A DNA stretch of 26,223 bases from contig JAYVBU010000249.1 in NCBI GenBank assembly GCA_043750335.1, positions 1-26,223 of the forward strand, written 5' to 3'. Shown one piece after another: positions 6,810-15,727 of the stretch. A model generated the notes under the pieces. That model worked only from the letters and a program-made list of their open reading frames with translations. It was not told the DNA's origin and ran no database searches. Position 1 is the first letter of the stretch. Each line of letters starts with the position of its first letter. Made by a program: the position numbers and the translations under genes. The DNA is from Betaproteobacteria bacterium. Its GTDB lineage: Bacteria > Pseudomonadota > Gammaproteobacteria > Burkholderiales > Thiobacteraceae.

Positions 6810-6958
6810 CCGGGGATTAACACCGCAGTAATATTTTGCCCACTTCAAGCCGACGCTAAAAGCACGGTAAGACAAACAGGGCCCGCATTCAAATTTCTAT
6901 TTTTTTGCGGGAAAATTAAGTTTTAAACGATTTTTTAAAGTGAACGGAGAGATACGTC

Positions 6959-8248
6959 ATGGCTAAGAAAACTTACGAAACGCCTATGCTCGACCAACTC
7001 GAAACAGGCCCATGGCCTAGCTTCGTTACCGGCTTGAAGCGCTTGGCTAACGACAACGATATGATGGTTGACCTGATGGGCCAACTTGAAGCGTCCTACC
7101 AAACCAAAAAAGGTTACTGGAAAGGCGGCACAGTCGGCGTGTTCGGTTATGGCGGCGGCGTGATCCCCCGTTTCACCGAATTAAAAAAAGACGGCAAGCC
7201 GGTTTACCCCGACGCAGCAGAATTCCACACCCTCCGCATTCAACCACCCGCTGGCATGCACTACAGCTCGAAGCTGTTGCGCGACATGAGTGACGTGTGG
7301 ACGAAGCATGGCTCCGGCCTGATCGCCTTCCACGGCCAATCCGGCGACATCATGTTCCAAGGGATTACCACCGCAAACGTGCAACCCGCATTCGACGAAC
7401 TGAATGAAATGGGCTTTGACATGGGTGGCGCAGGCCCCGCATTACGCACTTCTATGTCTTGCGTTGGTGCTGCACGTTGCGAAATGTCTTGCTACGACGA
7501 AGCACGCGCACTGCGTACCGTCATTAACAACAACCTGGACGACATGCACCGTCCGGCTTTGCCTTACAAATTCAAATTCAAGTTCTCTGGCTGCCCGAAC
7601 GACTGCGTAAACGCCATTCAACGTTCCGACATGGCAACCATCGGCACTTGGCGCGACAACATTCAGACCAAAGATGTCCACGCTAAAGCCTGGGTCAAAA
7701 AGAACGGCATGGAAGCGCTGGTCAATCAAGTGGTTTCTATGTGCCCCACCAAGGCCATCTCGCTCAAGAAAATCGGCGAAACGTCTGAAGGTGATGGCTT
7801 CTCCACCGTAGCCGTTAACGACACCCAATGCCTCGAAATCGACAACCACAACTGTGTACGTTGCATGCACTGCTTGAACGTGCTGCCAGGTGCCTTGTTG
7901 CCCGGTAAAGATCGCGGCGCATCCATTCTGGTCGGCGGCAAGGGCGTGCTGAAAATCGGCGCGACCATGGGCACCATGGTGATCCCGTTCATGAAACTCG
8001 AATCGGATGAAGATTACGAGAAGCTGAACGAGTTGGGCCGCAACATTCTCGATTTCTTTGCTGAAAACGCACTGGAGCACGAGCGTACCGGCGAGATGAT
8101 CGACCGCATTGGTCTGGTCAACTTCCTTGATGGTATCGGCCTCGAAGTCGATCCGAACATGATCCGCGAGCCGCGCAACAATCCTTACTTCAGAGGTGAC
8201 GATTGGGATGCAGAAGTGGAAAAATGGAACGAGCGCCAAGCTGGCTAA
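6959..8248 (+). CDS. dsrA: Dissimilatory sulfite reductase alpha subunit (oxidative type)
   Basis: TPMLDQLETGPWPSFV, WKGG, EFHTLR, siroheme/[4Fe-4S] CX5C (CVGAARC)...CX3C (GCPNDC), ferredoxin CVRCMHC. Confidence 0.99.
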   Translation: MAKKTYETPMLDQLETGPWPSFVTGLKRLANDNDMMVDLMGQLEASYQTKKGYWKGGTVGVFGYGGGVIPRFTELKKDGKPVYPDAAEFHTLRIQPPAGMHYSSKLLRDMSDVWTKHGSGLIAFHGQSGDIMFQGITTANVQPAFDELNEMGFDMGGAGPALRTSMSCVGAARCEMSCYDEARALRTVINNNLDDMHRPALPYKFKFKFSGCPNDCVNAIQRSDMATIGTWRDNIQTKDVHAKAWVKKNGMEALVNQVVSMCPTKAISLKKIGETSEGDGFSTVAVNDTQCLEIDNHNCVRCMHCLNVLPGALLPGKDRGASILVGGKGVLKIGATMGTMVIPFMKLESDEDYEKLNELGRNILDFFAENALEHERTGEMIDRIGLVNFLDGIGLEVDPNMIREPRNNPYFRGDDWDAEVEKWNERQAG

Positions 8249-8286
8249 CGTTAACCAAAATACCTAATTCGTAAAGAGGAATAGAC

Positions 8287-9357
8287 ATGGCAGAAATGCG
8301 TCAACCAATCGAGAGCGGTGCGCCGGATCCCAAGCAGTACATGCACCCGACCATGGTTAAGAACTATGGCAAGTGGATTTATCACAGTCATCCGAAACCC
8401 GGCGTTCTGTTTCATGAAGCCGAAAGCGGCGACAAAATTTGGACCGTTAAAGCCGGTACTCAGCGTCAGATGGACGTTTATACCATCCGTAAGCTGGCCG
8501 ACATTGCAGACCAATTCGCCGATGGTTTTGTACGCTTCACCACCCGCTCCAATATCGAGTACATGGTTACGGACGAGACCAAAGTCGAGCCGCTGATTAA
8601 AGCGCTGTTTGACAATGGCTTCCCCGTTGGCGGCACCGCCAACTCAGTTTCCATGATCTCGCATACCCAAGGCTGGCTGCACTGCGACATCCCGGGTACA
8701 GATGCTTCGGGCGTTGTCAAAGCGCTGATGGATGACCTCTATCACGAGTTCATCAACTGCGAAATGCCGAACCGCGTCAAACTCTCTACCTCTTGCTGCG
8801 AAATTAACTGCGGTGGCCAGGCAGATATCGCGATCATCGTGCAACACACCAAACCACCCAAGATTAACCACGACCTCGTGGCCAACGTGTGCGAACGTCC
8901 TTCTGTCGTTGCACGTTGCCCAGTCGCGGCGATCCGTCCCGCACTGGTGAACGGCAAGCCTTCACTAGAAGTAGATGAAAAGAAATGCATCTGCTGCGGC
9001 GCTTGCTACCCACCCTGCCCCCCAATGCAGATCAACGATCCTGAGTTTTCCAAGATCGCTATCTGGGTTGGTGGTAAGAACTCGAACGCCCGTTCGCGCC
9101 CGACATTCCACAAATTGGTCGCTGCAGGCCTGCCGAACAACGCACCGCGTTGGCCGGAAGTGGGTGAAGTGGTTAAGAAAATCCTGGCCATCTACAAAGG
9201 TGATGCGCACCCCTGGGAGCGTATGGCTGACTGGATCGACCGGATTGGCTGGCCGCAGTTCTTTGAGAAGACCGGTTTGCCCTTCACCAAATATCATATT
9301 GATGATTGGAAAGGTCACCGCGCCACGCTCAATCAATCGGCGCATATCCGCTTTTAA
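8287..9357 (+). CDS. dsrB: Dissimilatory sulfite reductase beta subunit
   Basis: HPKPGVL, VRFTTRSNIE, HTQGWLHC, CCEINCG, CICCGACYPPC, NAPRWPE, ERMADWIDRIGW. Confidence 0.99.
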   Translation: MAEMRQPIESGAPDPKQYMHPTMVKNYGKWIYHSHPKPGVLFHEAESGDKIWTVKAGTQRQMDVYTIRKLADIADQFADGFVRFTTRSNIEYMVTDETKVEPLIKALFDNGFPVGGTANSVSMISHTQGWLHCDIPGTDASGVVKALMDDLYHEFINCEMPNRVKLSTSCCEINCGGQADIAIIVQHTKPPKINHDLVANVCERPSVVARCPVAAIRPALVNGKPSLEVDEKKCICCGACYPPCPPMQINDPEFSKIAIWVGGKNSNARSRPTFHKLVAAGLPNNAPRWPEVGEVVKKILAIYKGDAHPWERMADWIDRIGWPQFFEKTGLPFTKYHIDDWKGHRATLNQSAHIRF

Positions 9358-9365
9358 TTAGCCTT

Positions 9366-9402
9366 CATTACTCCCGTTTCTCTGTTGAGAACGGGAGTGG
9401 TG
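9366..9402 (+). other. Long stem-loop after dsrB without U-tract
   Basis: CATTACTCCCGTT-T-CTC/TGTT/GAG-AACGGGAGTGGTG; about 16 pairs including 2 GU. Confidence 0.65.
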
Positions 9403-9436
9403 CTATTAAAAAACCTTACTAAAATCAGGGGTTTTG

Positions 9437-9796
9437 ATGAAATTTGCAATCATGATTAACGAAGGTGTTTATCAACACCAATCGACCGATAGCGCTTATC
9501 AGTTTGCCAAGGCGGCAATTGAAAAAGGGCATGAGGTTCCACGTATTTTTTTCTATCACGATGGCGTGTATAACGCGAGCAGTCTGACCGAGCCTCCGCA
9601 AGATGACCGCAACATCGTCTCGCGTTGGACCAAACTGGCGCAAGAACACAACATCGACATGGTGGTGTGCGTTGCAGCAGCGCTCCGCCGCGGGATTAAG
9701 GACGAAAACCTGGCCGAGGGATTCCGCATCTCTGGTCTGGGCCAGTTGGTCGAAGCGGGTATTCAGGCTGACCGACTCGTCGTGTTTGGCGATTAA
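9437..9796 (+). CDS. dsrE: Sulfurtransferase complex subunit DsrE (TusD family)
   Basis: FFYHDGV, VVC78VAAALRRG active Cys, ISGLGQL; start ATG 9437 after AGGGG. Confidence 0.97.
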   Translation: MKFAIMINEGVYQHQSTDSAYQFAKAAIEKGHEVPRIFFYHDGVYNASSLTEPPQDDRNIVSRWTKLAQEHNIDMVVCVAAALRRGIKDENLAEGFRISGLGQLVEAGIQADRLVVFGD

Positions 9797-9807
9797 TGGG
9801 GGATCAA

Positions 9808-10218
9808 ATGAGTGAAGCAACTGGCGGTATCGATTTTGAAGACGAGGATGCATCCGGCGTCGTCAAGAAATTCATGTTTGTAAACCGTAAGGCCCCCTAT
9901 GGCACGATTTACGCATTGGAATCGTTGGAAGTTGTGCTGATTAGCGCAGCCTTTGACCAGGATGTCAGCTTGGCCTTTCTGGATGACGGCGTGTACCAAA
10001 TCGTGAAAGCACAGCACACCAAGGCGATTGCGATGAAAAATTTCTCGCCGACCTACCGTGCGCTAGAAGGTTACGACATTGAAAAACTTTACGTCGAAAA
10101 AGAGTCTCTCGAGCAGCGCGGCCTCACGGAGGACGACTTGCTGGTTGACGTTCAAGTCATGAGCTCGGCTGAAATGGTCAAGGTCATGAACGAGCAAGAC
10201 GTAGTCATCAGTTTCTAA
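9808..10218 (+). CDS. dsrF: DsrF (TusC family)
   Basis: KKFMFVNRKAPYGT, AAFDQDV, FLDDGVYQ, KNFSPTYRAL; start ATG 9808 after GGGGGA. Confidence 0.96.
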   Translation: MSEATGGIDFEDEDASGVVKKFMFVNRKAPYGTIYALESLEVVLISAAFDQDVSLAFLDDGVYQIVKAQHTKAIAMKNFSPTYRALEGYDIEKLYVEKESLEQRGLTEDDLLVDVQVMSSAEMVKVMNEQDVVISF

Positions 10219-10227
10219 GGGGATGAG

Positions 10228-10533
10228 ATGCTGCACATAGTAAATAAATCACCGTTTGAAAATCGCACGTTGGACAGCTGTCTACGCGTCGCGCTGAATG
10301 ATCCTAGCTGCGCGCTGCTCCTCACTGAGGATGCTGTTTATGCTGCTTCGAAAGGCAACATCATCGAAAACAAGATCAAAGACGCTTTGGGCAAAGTTAA
10401 GGTGTACGCCCTGTGGCCCGATCTTGAAGCACGCGGCATGCAAGATCGCGTGATTGAAGGAATCAAAATGGTCGACTACGGCGGTTTTGTGGATCTGGTT
10501 GCCGAACACAGCAACTGCCAATCCTGGCTGTAA
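10228..10533 (+). CDS. dsrH: DsrH (TusB family)
   Basis: MLHIVNKSPF, LLTEDAVY, DLEARG, VDYGGFVDLV. Confidence 0.96.
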   Translation: MLHIVNKSPFENRTLDSCLRVALNDPSCALLLTEDAVYAASKGNIIENKIKDALGKVKVYALWPDLEARGMQDRVIEGIKMVDYGGFVDLVAEHSNCQSWL

Positions 10534-10561
10534 CACAATCTTTAGTGAGAGGAGTAATGCA

Positions 10562-10897
10562 ATGTCTTCAGTAGAATTGAACGGCAAGTCTTATGAAACA
10601 GACGAGGAAGGCTATCTCGTGAATTTGGGTGAGTGGGATGAAACCATCGCTGCCTATCTGGCCGAGCAAGAAAAAGTGGATATGAGCGAAAGCCACTGGG
10701 AAGTCGTTAACTTCCTGCGCGAGTATTACAACGACTACCAAATCGCACCAGCCATTCGCGTGTTGACCAAAGCGATCGGCAAGAAACTTGGGCCAGAAAA
10801 AGGCAACAGCAAATACCTGTACGAACTGTTCCCCTACGGCCCCGCCAAGCAAGCTTGTAAAATTGCTGGCTTGCCGAAGCCAACCGGCTGTATCTAA
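10562..10897 (+). CDS. dsrC: DsrC sulfur carrier with both C-terminal cysteines
   Basis: TDEEGYL, HWEVVNFLR, LYELFPYGPAKQACKIAGLPKPTGCI; start ATG 10562 after GAGGAG. Confidence 0.98.
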   Translation: MSSVELNGKSYETDEEGYLVNLGEWDETIAAYLAEQEKVDMSESHWEVVNFLREYYNDYQIAPAIRVLTKAIGKKLGPEKGNSKYLYELFPYGPAKQACKIAGLPKPTGCI

Positions 10898-10915
10898 GCC
10901 ATAGAGTTGAGCAGT

Positions 10916-10946
10916 GCGCCGCTTGATAACCTCAAGCGGCGTCTTT
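10916..10946 (+). terminator. Stem-loop after dsrC (weak terminator or stabiliser)
   Basis: GCGCCGCTTGA/TAACC/TCAAGCGGCGT followed by CTTT (short U-tract). Confidence 0.55.
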
Positions 10947-10981
10947 AACGCATAACAAATTTGTTTATTGTGAGGTAGGTC

Positions 10982-11713
10982 ATGCCCGTTCTGACCATTG
11001 TGTACGCAATCCTGTTTTACGCCGCCACGGCCATTCTCGTGTTTGGGGTCGGCTTCAAGATTTATGGCTATGCGCGCACCCCTGCCCCGCTCAAAATTCC
11101 GACTACGCCCGCGCCTACCACCGCGACGGGAGTAGCCTTCCGCATGGCCCGCGAGGTCGTGCTATTTGAAAGTCTGTTCAAAGCCACCAAGTGGACTTGG
11201 CTCTTTGGTTATCTATTTCACGGTGCCTTGGTGCTCGTACTGTTACGCCACTTCCGCTATTTCCAAGAACCTGTATGGATGGTGATTGATTTAGTCCAAC
11301 CATTCGGGCTATACGCCGCATTCGCCATGGTTGCTGGTTTATCAGGACTATGGGCACGTCGCTTCCTAGTGGACCGAGTGCGCTACATTTCGACTTTGTC
11401 AGACCATCTCATGCTGGCCTTGCTCCTGGCCATCGCCTTGTCTGGCCTTAGCATGAAGTACGTTGCCCATACCGATATCGTTAGCTTAAAGGCCTTCATG
11501 CTCGGCTTAATGGCTTTTGAATTGCAACCTTTGCCTGAAGACCCATTTCTATTGGTTCATCTTGGGCTGGTCGCTACCTTGATGATTATTTTTCCGATCA
11601 GTAAGTTGCTGCATGCGCCAGGTATCTTCTTCAGCCCGTCGCGTAACCAAGTAGATAACCCGCGTGAACATCGTTATGTCGCACCGTGGGCCGCTAAATT
11701 AGACCAAAAATAG
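10982..11713 (+). CDS. dsrM: DsrM, NarI-like membrane cytochrome b
   Basis: TPAPLKIPTTPAP, LFESLF, YLFHGAL, LLHAPG heme-ligating His pattern; several hydrophobic spans. Confidence 0.96.
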   Translation: MPVLTIVYAILFYAATAILVFGVGFKIYGYARTPAPLKIPTTPAPTTATGVAFRMAREVVLFESLFKATKWTWLFGYLFHGALVLVLLRHFRYFQEPVWMVIDLVQPFGLYAAFAMVAGLSGLWARRFLVDRVRYISTLSDHLMLALLLAIALSGLSMKYVAHTDIVSLKAFMLGLMAFELQPLPEDPFLLVHLGLVATLMIIFPISKLLHAPGIFFSPSRNQVDNPREHRYVAPWAAKLDQK

Positions 11714-11724
11714 GACGCTCAAAA

Positions 11725-13257
11725 ATGGCAGCCCCTAAATTCGAAGTCCCCAAACTCAAGGAAGTGTCGGAAGTGCCGCGCATCCACGAAGGTGCGATGG
11801 CTCACACGAAATCCTATGTGGCATCTGCGGCGATTCAACAAGCGATTGGCTTCCCAGGAGAATTAGTAGAAAACTGGGAAACCAAAGCCATTGAAAAAAT
11901 GGGAGACCTGTTAACGAAATACCGCTCGTTTAAAGTTTATTTGGATGCCTGCGTTCACTGCGGTGCTTGCACCGACAAGTGCCACTATTTCCTCGGCACA
12001 GGCGACCCGATCAACATGCCGGTTGCACGTCAGGACCTCGTACGCAGCGTATATCGTCGCCACTTTACGTTTGCCGGAAAATATTTCCCGAAACTGGTGG
12101 GTGCTAAGGACTTAACGCGCGAAGTACTCGACCAGTGGTACACCTACTACAACCAGTGTTCCGAGTGCCGCCGCTGCTCCGTGTTTTGCCCCTACGGCAT
12201 CGACACGGCAGAAATCACCATGGGCGCGAAAGAGATTCTTGACTCAATCGGCTATGGGCAGAAATACACCAACGAAATCGTTGGTAAAGTGCAACGCATC
12301 GGCAACAACCTGGGCTTGCCCGGCCCGGCCTTACTGGATACGCTCGAAGGCTTGGAAGAAGACATCGAAGCCGAAACCGGTGTAGCGGTGCGTATGCCGC
12401 TCGACCAAAAAGGGGCCGAAGTACTTTTGGTTACGCCGTCCGCCGACTTTTTCTCCGAGCCGCATGTCGAGTCACTCATTGGCTATGCCAAAGTGTTCCA
12501 CGCGGCAGGGGTTAGCTGGACACTGTCTTCGCATGCATCCGAGGCAGGCAACTTCGGCTTGTTCATCGGCAATTACGAAACCATGCGGAATATCGCCCTG
12601 CGGATTCGTGAAGCCGCTTTAGAGTTGGGCGTCAAACGCATCATCGTTGGCGAATGCGGTCATGCTTGGCGTGTCGCCTATAGTTTCTGGAATACCCTCG
12701 CCGGCATCGGCGCAGGTGGCACCGATCCCTTCTCGATCGAATTGCAACAGCAACTTGATCCACGCTATCCCGCGCCGCAGCATATTTGCGAATTCACCTA
12801 TGATTTGCTGAAAAGCGGCGCAATCACGGTGGATAAATCACTCAACGATCACCGCGTGATTACTTATCACGACTCTTGCAACGTCGCGCGCGCTTCGCGC
12901 ATGGGCGATATGCCCGGCGGTCAATTCGTCATCCCGCGCGAAATCATCAAAATGGTCGCGAACAATTATCACGACATGGCGGCTGACACTATTCACGAAA
13001 GCACCTTCTGCTGCGGTGGTGGTGGCGGTTTATTGACTGACGATCTGATGGAATTGCGCGTTAAAGGCGCTTTGCCACGTATGGAGGCGTTGAATAACGT
13101 CGTGCAAGGTCACCAAGTTAATTTTATGGCGACGATTTGCGCGATCTGTAAAGCCCAATTCAGTAAAGTTCTACCCTACTACGGCTTTGAAATGGGCATG
13201 GTAGGTGGCATCCATCAACTGGTCAGCACAGCGATCCGGTTGGACCCCAAACAATAA
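11725..13257 (+). CDS. dsrK: DsrK, HdrD-like Fe-S protein
   Basis: CVHCGACTDKC, CSECRRCSVFCP, CCG-domain motifs GECGHA, YHDSCN, FCCGGGGG, CAICK. Confidence 0.97.
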   Translation: MAAPKFEVPKLKEVSEVPRIHEGAMAHTKSYVASAAIQQAIGFPGELVENWETKAIEKMGDLLTKYRSFKVYLDACVHCGACTDKCHYFLGTGDPINMPVARQDLVRSVYRRHFTFAGKYFPKLVGAKDLTREVLDQWYTYYNQCSECRRCSVFCPYGIDTAEITMGAKEILDSIGYGQKYTNEIVGKVQRIGNNLGLPGPALLDTLEGLEEDIEAETGVAVRMPLDQKGAEVLLVTPSADFFSEPHVESLIGYAKVFHAAGVSWTLSSHASEAGNFGLFIGNYETMRNIALRIREAALELGVKRIIVGECGHAWRVAYSFWNTLAGIGAGGTDPFSIELQQQLDPRYPAPQHICEFTYDLLKSGAITVDKSLNDHRVITYHDSCNVARASRMGDMPGGQFVIPREIIKMVANNYHDMAADTIHESTFCCGGGGGLLTDDLMELRVKGALPRMEALNNVVQGHQVNFMATICAICKAQFSKVLPYYGFEMGMVGGIHQLVSTAIRLDPKQ

Positions 13258-13298
13258 CGTTTTAAGCTAAACAAGTACGACTGTTTAAGGAGATTCAG

Positions 13299-15245
13299 AT
13301 GGCAGCCCCAAATCAACCGAAGACCGATGGCAAAACCTACCGCCGCTATAAAGAAGGCGATAGCCAAACACACTCGATGGCCAACTGGCTATTCGAGGGT
13401 GACGAAACATACAAGTGCCCAGAATACGTTCTGGCCACGCCTCCATGCCAAGGTAGCTGCCCCTCTGGCGAAGATATTCGCGGCTGGCTCAATATTGTGC
13501 GCGGCATCGAAAAGCCACCCGCAGGCACGACTTGGCAGGAATATGCTTTCCGTCGCATGACATCGGCTAATCCTTTCCCATCGGTCATGGGTCGTGTTTG
13601 CCCCGCGCCATGTGAGAGCGGCTGCAACCGTAACATGGTCGAAGACAAAGTCGGCATCAACTCGGTTGAGCACTTTGTCGGTGAATGGGCGATTCAAAAC
13701 AATATGGCCTTCACCCCAAATGAAAACAAAACAGGCAAAAAAATCGCCATTATCGGCGGGGGCCCTGCTGGCTTGGCAGTCGCCTATCAACTGTCTTTAA
13801 AAGGCCACTCCTGCACCATTTTTGACGAGCACCAAGAGCTGGGCGGCATGATGCGCTACGGCATTCCTGGCTTTCGCACACCGCGCAAAATTCTGGATGC
13901 GGAAATCAAACGGATTACCGACTTGGGCGTTGAAGTTCACACCAATACGCGCATCGGCACCGACGTTACACTCGCTCAATTAGAAACAGATTACGACGCG
14001 ATCTTCATGGGTATGGGCGCACAAAGTGGCCGTCCTCTGCCAGTGCCCGGCTCCGAAGCACCGAACTGTGTTACCGCTATGGCTTTCCTGCGCGCATTCA
14101 ACGACGGACGTCTGCAACACGTTGGTCAACGCGTGGTGGTCATCGGTGGTGGTGATACGTCTATCGACGTGGCAACCGTAGCGCGTCGCTTGGGTAACGT
14201 AACCAAAATCAATGAAGGCGACCGCCCGGAATTTGTGATCTCAGGCCATGTGGCGCATGACGTCGCAGCGGTTTCAGCCCGTCAAGGTGCTGAAGTAATC
14301 CTGATTACACGTGCCACTATCGACAAGATGAATGCAGCCAAAGCCGAAGTAGATCATGCGCTATCCGAAGGCATCATCATCAAAGGCGGCCTGACGCCAA
14401 TCGCCGTAGTTACAGGCCCAGATGGCCGCGCAACTGCATTGCGCGTTGCCGAATTCGAGATGGTCAAAAATGAAACGAAAATCAAGGAAGGCTCCGAGTT
14501 CGATATTCCTGCCGACCTGATCGTTTCTGCCATCGGCCAAGCGGTCGATTTCACCGGCATGGAAGCATTCGACAACGGCAAAGGTTTGATGACCGCCGAC
14601 AAAAATTACCGCGTACCGGGCAAAGAGAAATATTTCGTTGGCGGCGACGTATTGCGTCCGCACCTGCTCACCACGGCTATCGGCCACGGCTCCATCGCCG
14701 CCGACAGCATCGAACGTTTCTTGGCTGAAGAAGAATTGGAAAAGCGTCCTAAAGTTGACGTACATTTCTTTGACGTACATCGCAAGATGGTCGAAAAAGG
14801 CCTGAAGCTGGAAGATTATGACCACAAAGCAGAATGGGGCACGTCGGAAAAAAACTTCGCCATGCACAACTTTGAAGATCGCTCTTCAAAATATGTGATC
14901 CCATCCAACGAATTGTTCTTGGGCCACTTTCCGAACACTTCTCGCTTGATTCGCGAAGAAATCAATCTCACCGCCGAACAAGCGCTGGGTAACTTCGACG
15001 AACGCTTGATGACCTTGTCCGAAAAAGATGTAGTGGCTGAAGCCAAGCGTTGCATGAGCTGCGGCCTATGCTTCGAATGCGACAACTGCGTGATTTATTG
15101 CCCGCAAATTGCCGTATTCAAAGTCAAGCGCGACAAGCAAACGACTGGCCGCTATGTGGACACCGACTACTCCAAGTGCATCGGTTGCCATATTTGCGCC
15201 GACGTATGCCCGACTGGCTACATTAAAATGGGTATGGGTGATTAA
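13299..15245 (+). CDS. dsrL: DsrL NAD(P)H:acceptor iron-sulfur flavoprotein
   Basis: PCQGSCP, GRVCPAPCESGCNR, FAD site GGGPAG, GGMMRYGIP, second site GGGDTSIDV (followed by ITRA, not YRR), C-terminal ferredoxins CMSCGLCFECDNC and CIGCHICADVCP. Confidence 0.97.
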   Translation: MAAPNQPKTDGKTYRRYKEGDSQTHSMANWLFEGDETYKCPEYVLATPPCQGSCPSGEDIRGWLNIVRGIEKPPAGTTWQEYAFRRMTSANPFPSVMGRVCPAPCESGCNRNMVEDKVGINSVEHFVGEWAIQNNMAFTPNENKTGKKIAIIGGGPAGLAVAYQLSLKGHSCTIFDEHQELGGMMRYGIPGFRTPRKILDAEIKRITDLGVEVHTNTRIGTDVTLAQLETDYDAIFMGMGAQSGRPLPVPGSEAPNCVTAMAFLRAFNDGRLQHVGQRVVVIGGGDTSIDVATVARRLGNVTKINEGDRPEFVISGHVAHDVAAVSARQGAEVILITRATIDKMNAAKAEVDHALSEGIIIKGGLTPIAVVTGPDGRATALRVAEFEMVKNETKIKEGSEFDIPADLIVSAIGQAVDFTGMEAFDNGKGLMTADKNYRVPGKEKYFVGGDVLRPHLLTTAIGHGSIAADSIERFLAEEELEKRPKVDVHFFDVHRKMVEKGLKLEDYDHKAEWGTSEKNFAMHNFEDRSSKYVIPSNELFLGHFPNTSRLIREEINLTAEQALGNFDERLMTLSEKDVVAEAKRCMSCGLCFECDNCVIYCPQIAVFKVKRDKQTTGRYVDTDYSKCIGCHICADVCPTGYIKMGMGD

Positions 15246-15247
15246 TT

Positions 15248-15727
15248 ATGTTTTGGCAGTCTAAGCGGATGTGGAAATGGGCAGCGGGCATCCTCGCGGT
15301 GCTGCTGCTCTCGGTAGGTGCGTATGCGGCGTCCAGCACAGCGGACAAAGCGGCGCGCACCGCCAAGCCCGAGATCGTAATTGATAGAATCAAGAGTGGC
15401 GAAAAGTGCGTGGAAGAAACAAGCTTCATGCGCAAGAACCACATGAACCTCTTGATGCATCAACGCGACGACACGATGCACAAGGGTATTCGCACCGCGA
15501 AGCACAGCCTGCAAAATTGCATTAATTGCCACGCCAGCACGAAAAATAACAGCGTACTCGGCAGCAATGAAAATTTCTGCCAGGGTTGCCATACGTATGC
15601 AGCCGTGAAATTGGATTGCTGGGAATGTCATGCCAGCAAGCCAAAACAAGCACAGCCAACTAGCGCACCGGCAGTCGCCGCGAAAACGCCAGTGTCTCCT
15701 GGCAACGTTGGAACGGACAAAAAATGA
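15248..15727 (+). CDS. dsrJ: DsrJ periplasmic triheme cytochrome c
   Basis: Signal/TM segment, CVEETSFMRKNHM, three CxxCH (CINCH, CQGCH, CWECH). Alternative start 15269. Confidence 0.95.
   Translation: MFWQSKRMWKWAAGILAVLLLSVGAYAASSTADKAARTAKPEIVIDRIKSGEKCVEETSFMRKNHMNLLMHQRDDTMHKGIRTAKHSLQNCINCHASTKNNSVLGSNENFCQGCHTYAAVKLDCWECHASKPKQAQPTSAPAVAAKTPVSPGNVGTDKK

Noticed and set aside
6882-6911. CCCGCA...TGCGGG stem in the dsrA leader
   Set aside because: Only 6 bp with a large AU-rich interior; could be chance, and no riboswitch consensus recognised.
5500-6958. CRISPR array or repeat remnant near cas6
   Set aside because: No regularly spaced direct repeats found by eye. GCCGTACGGC (5604-5613) faintly resembles a repeat stem but simply encodes KPYGK of the DsrC paralogue.
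6660-6958. FNR box or sigma54 promoter upstream of dsrA or cas6
   Set aside because: Best candidates (CTGATGTAAAATCT; GG-gattaacacc-GC) miss key consensus positions or spacing.
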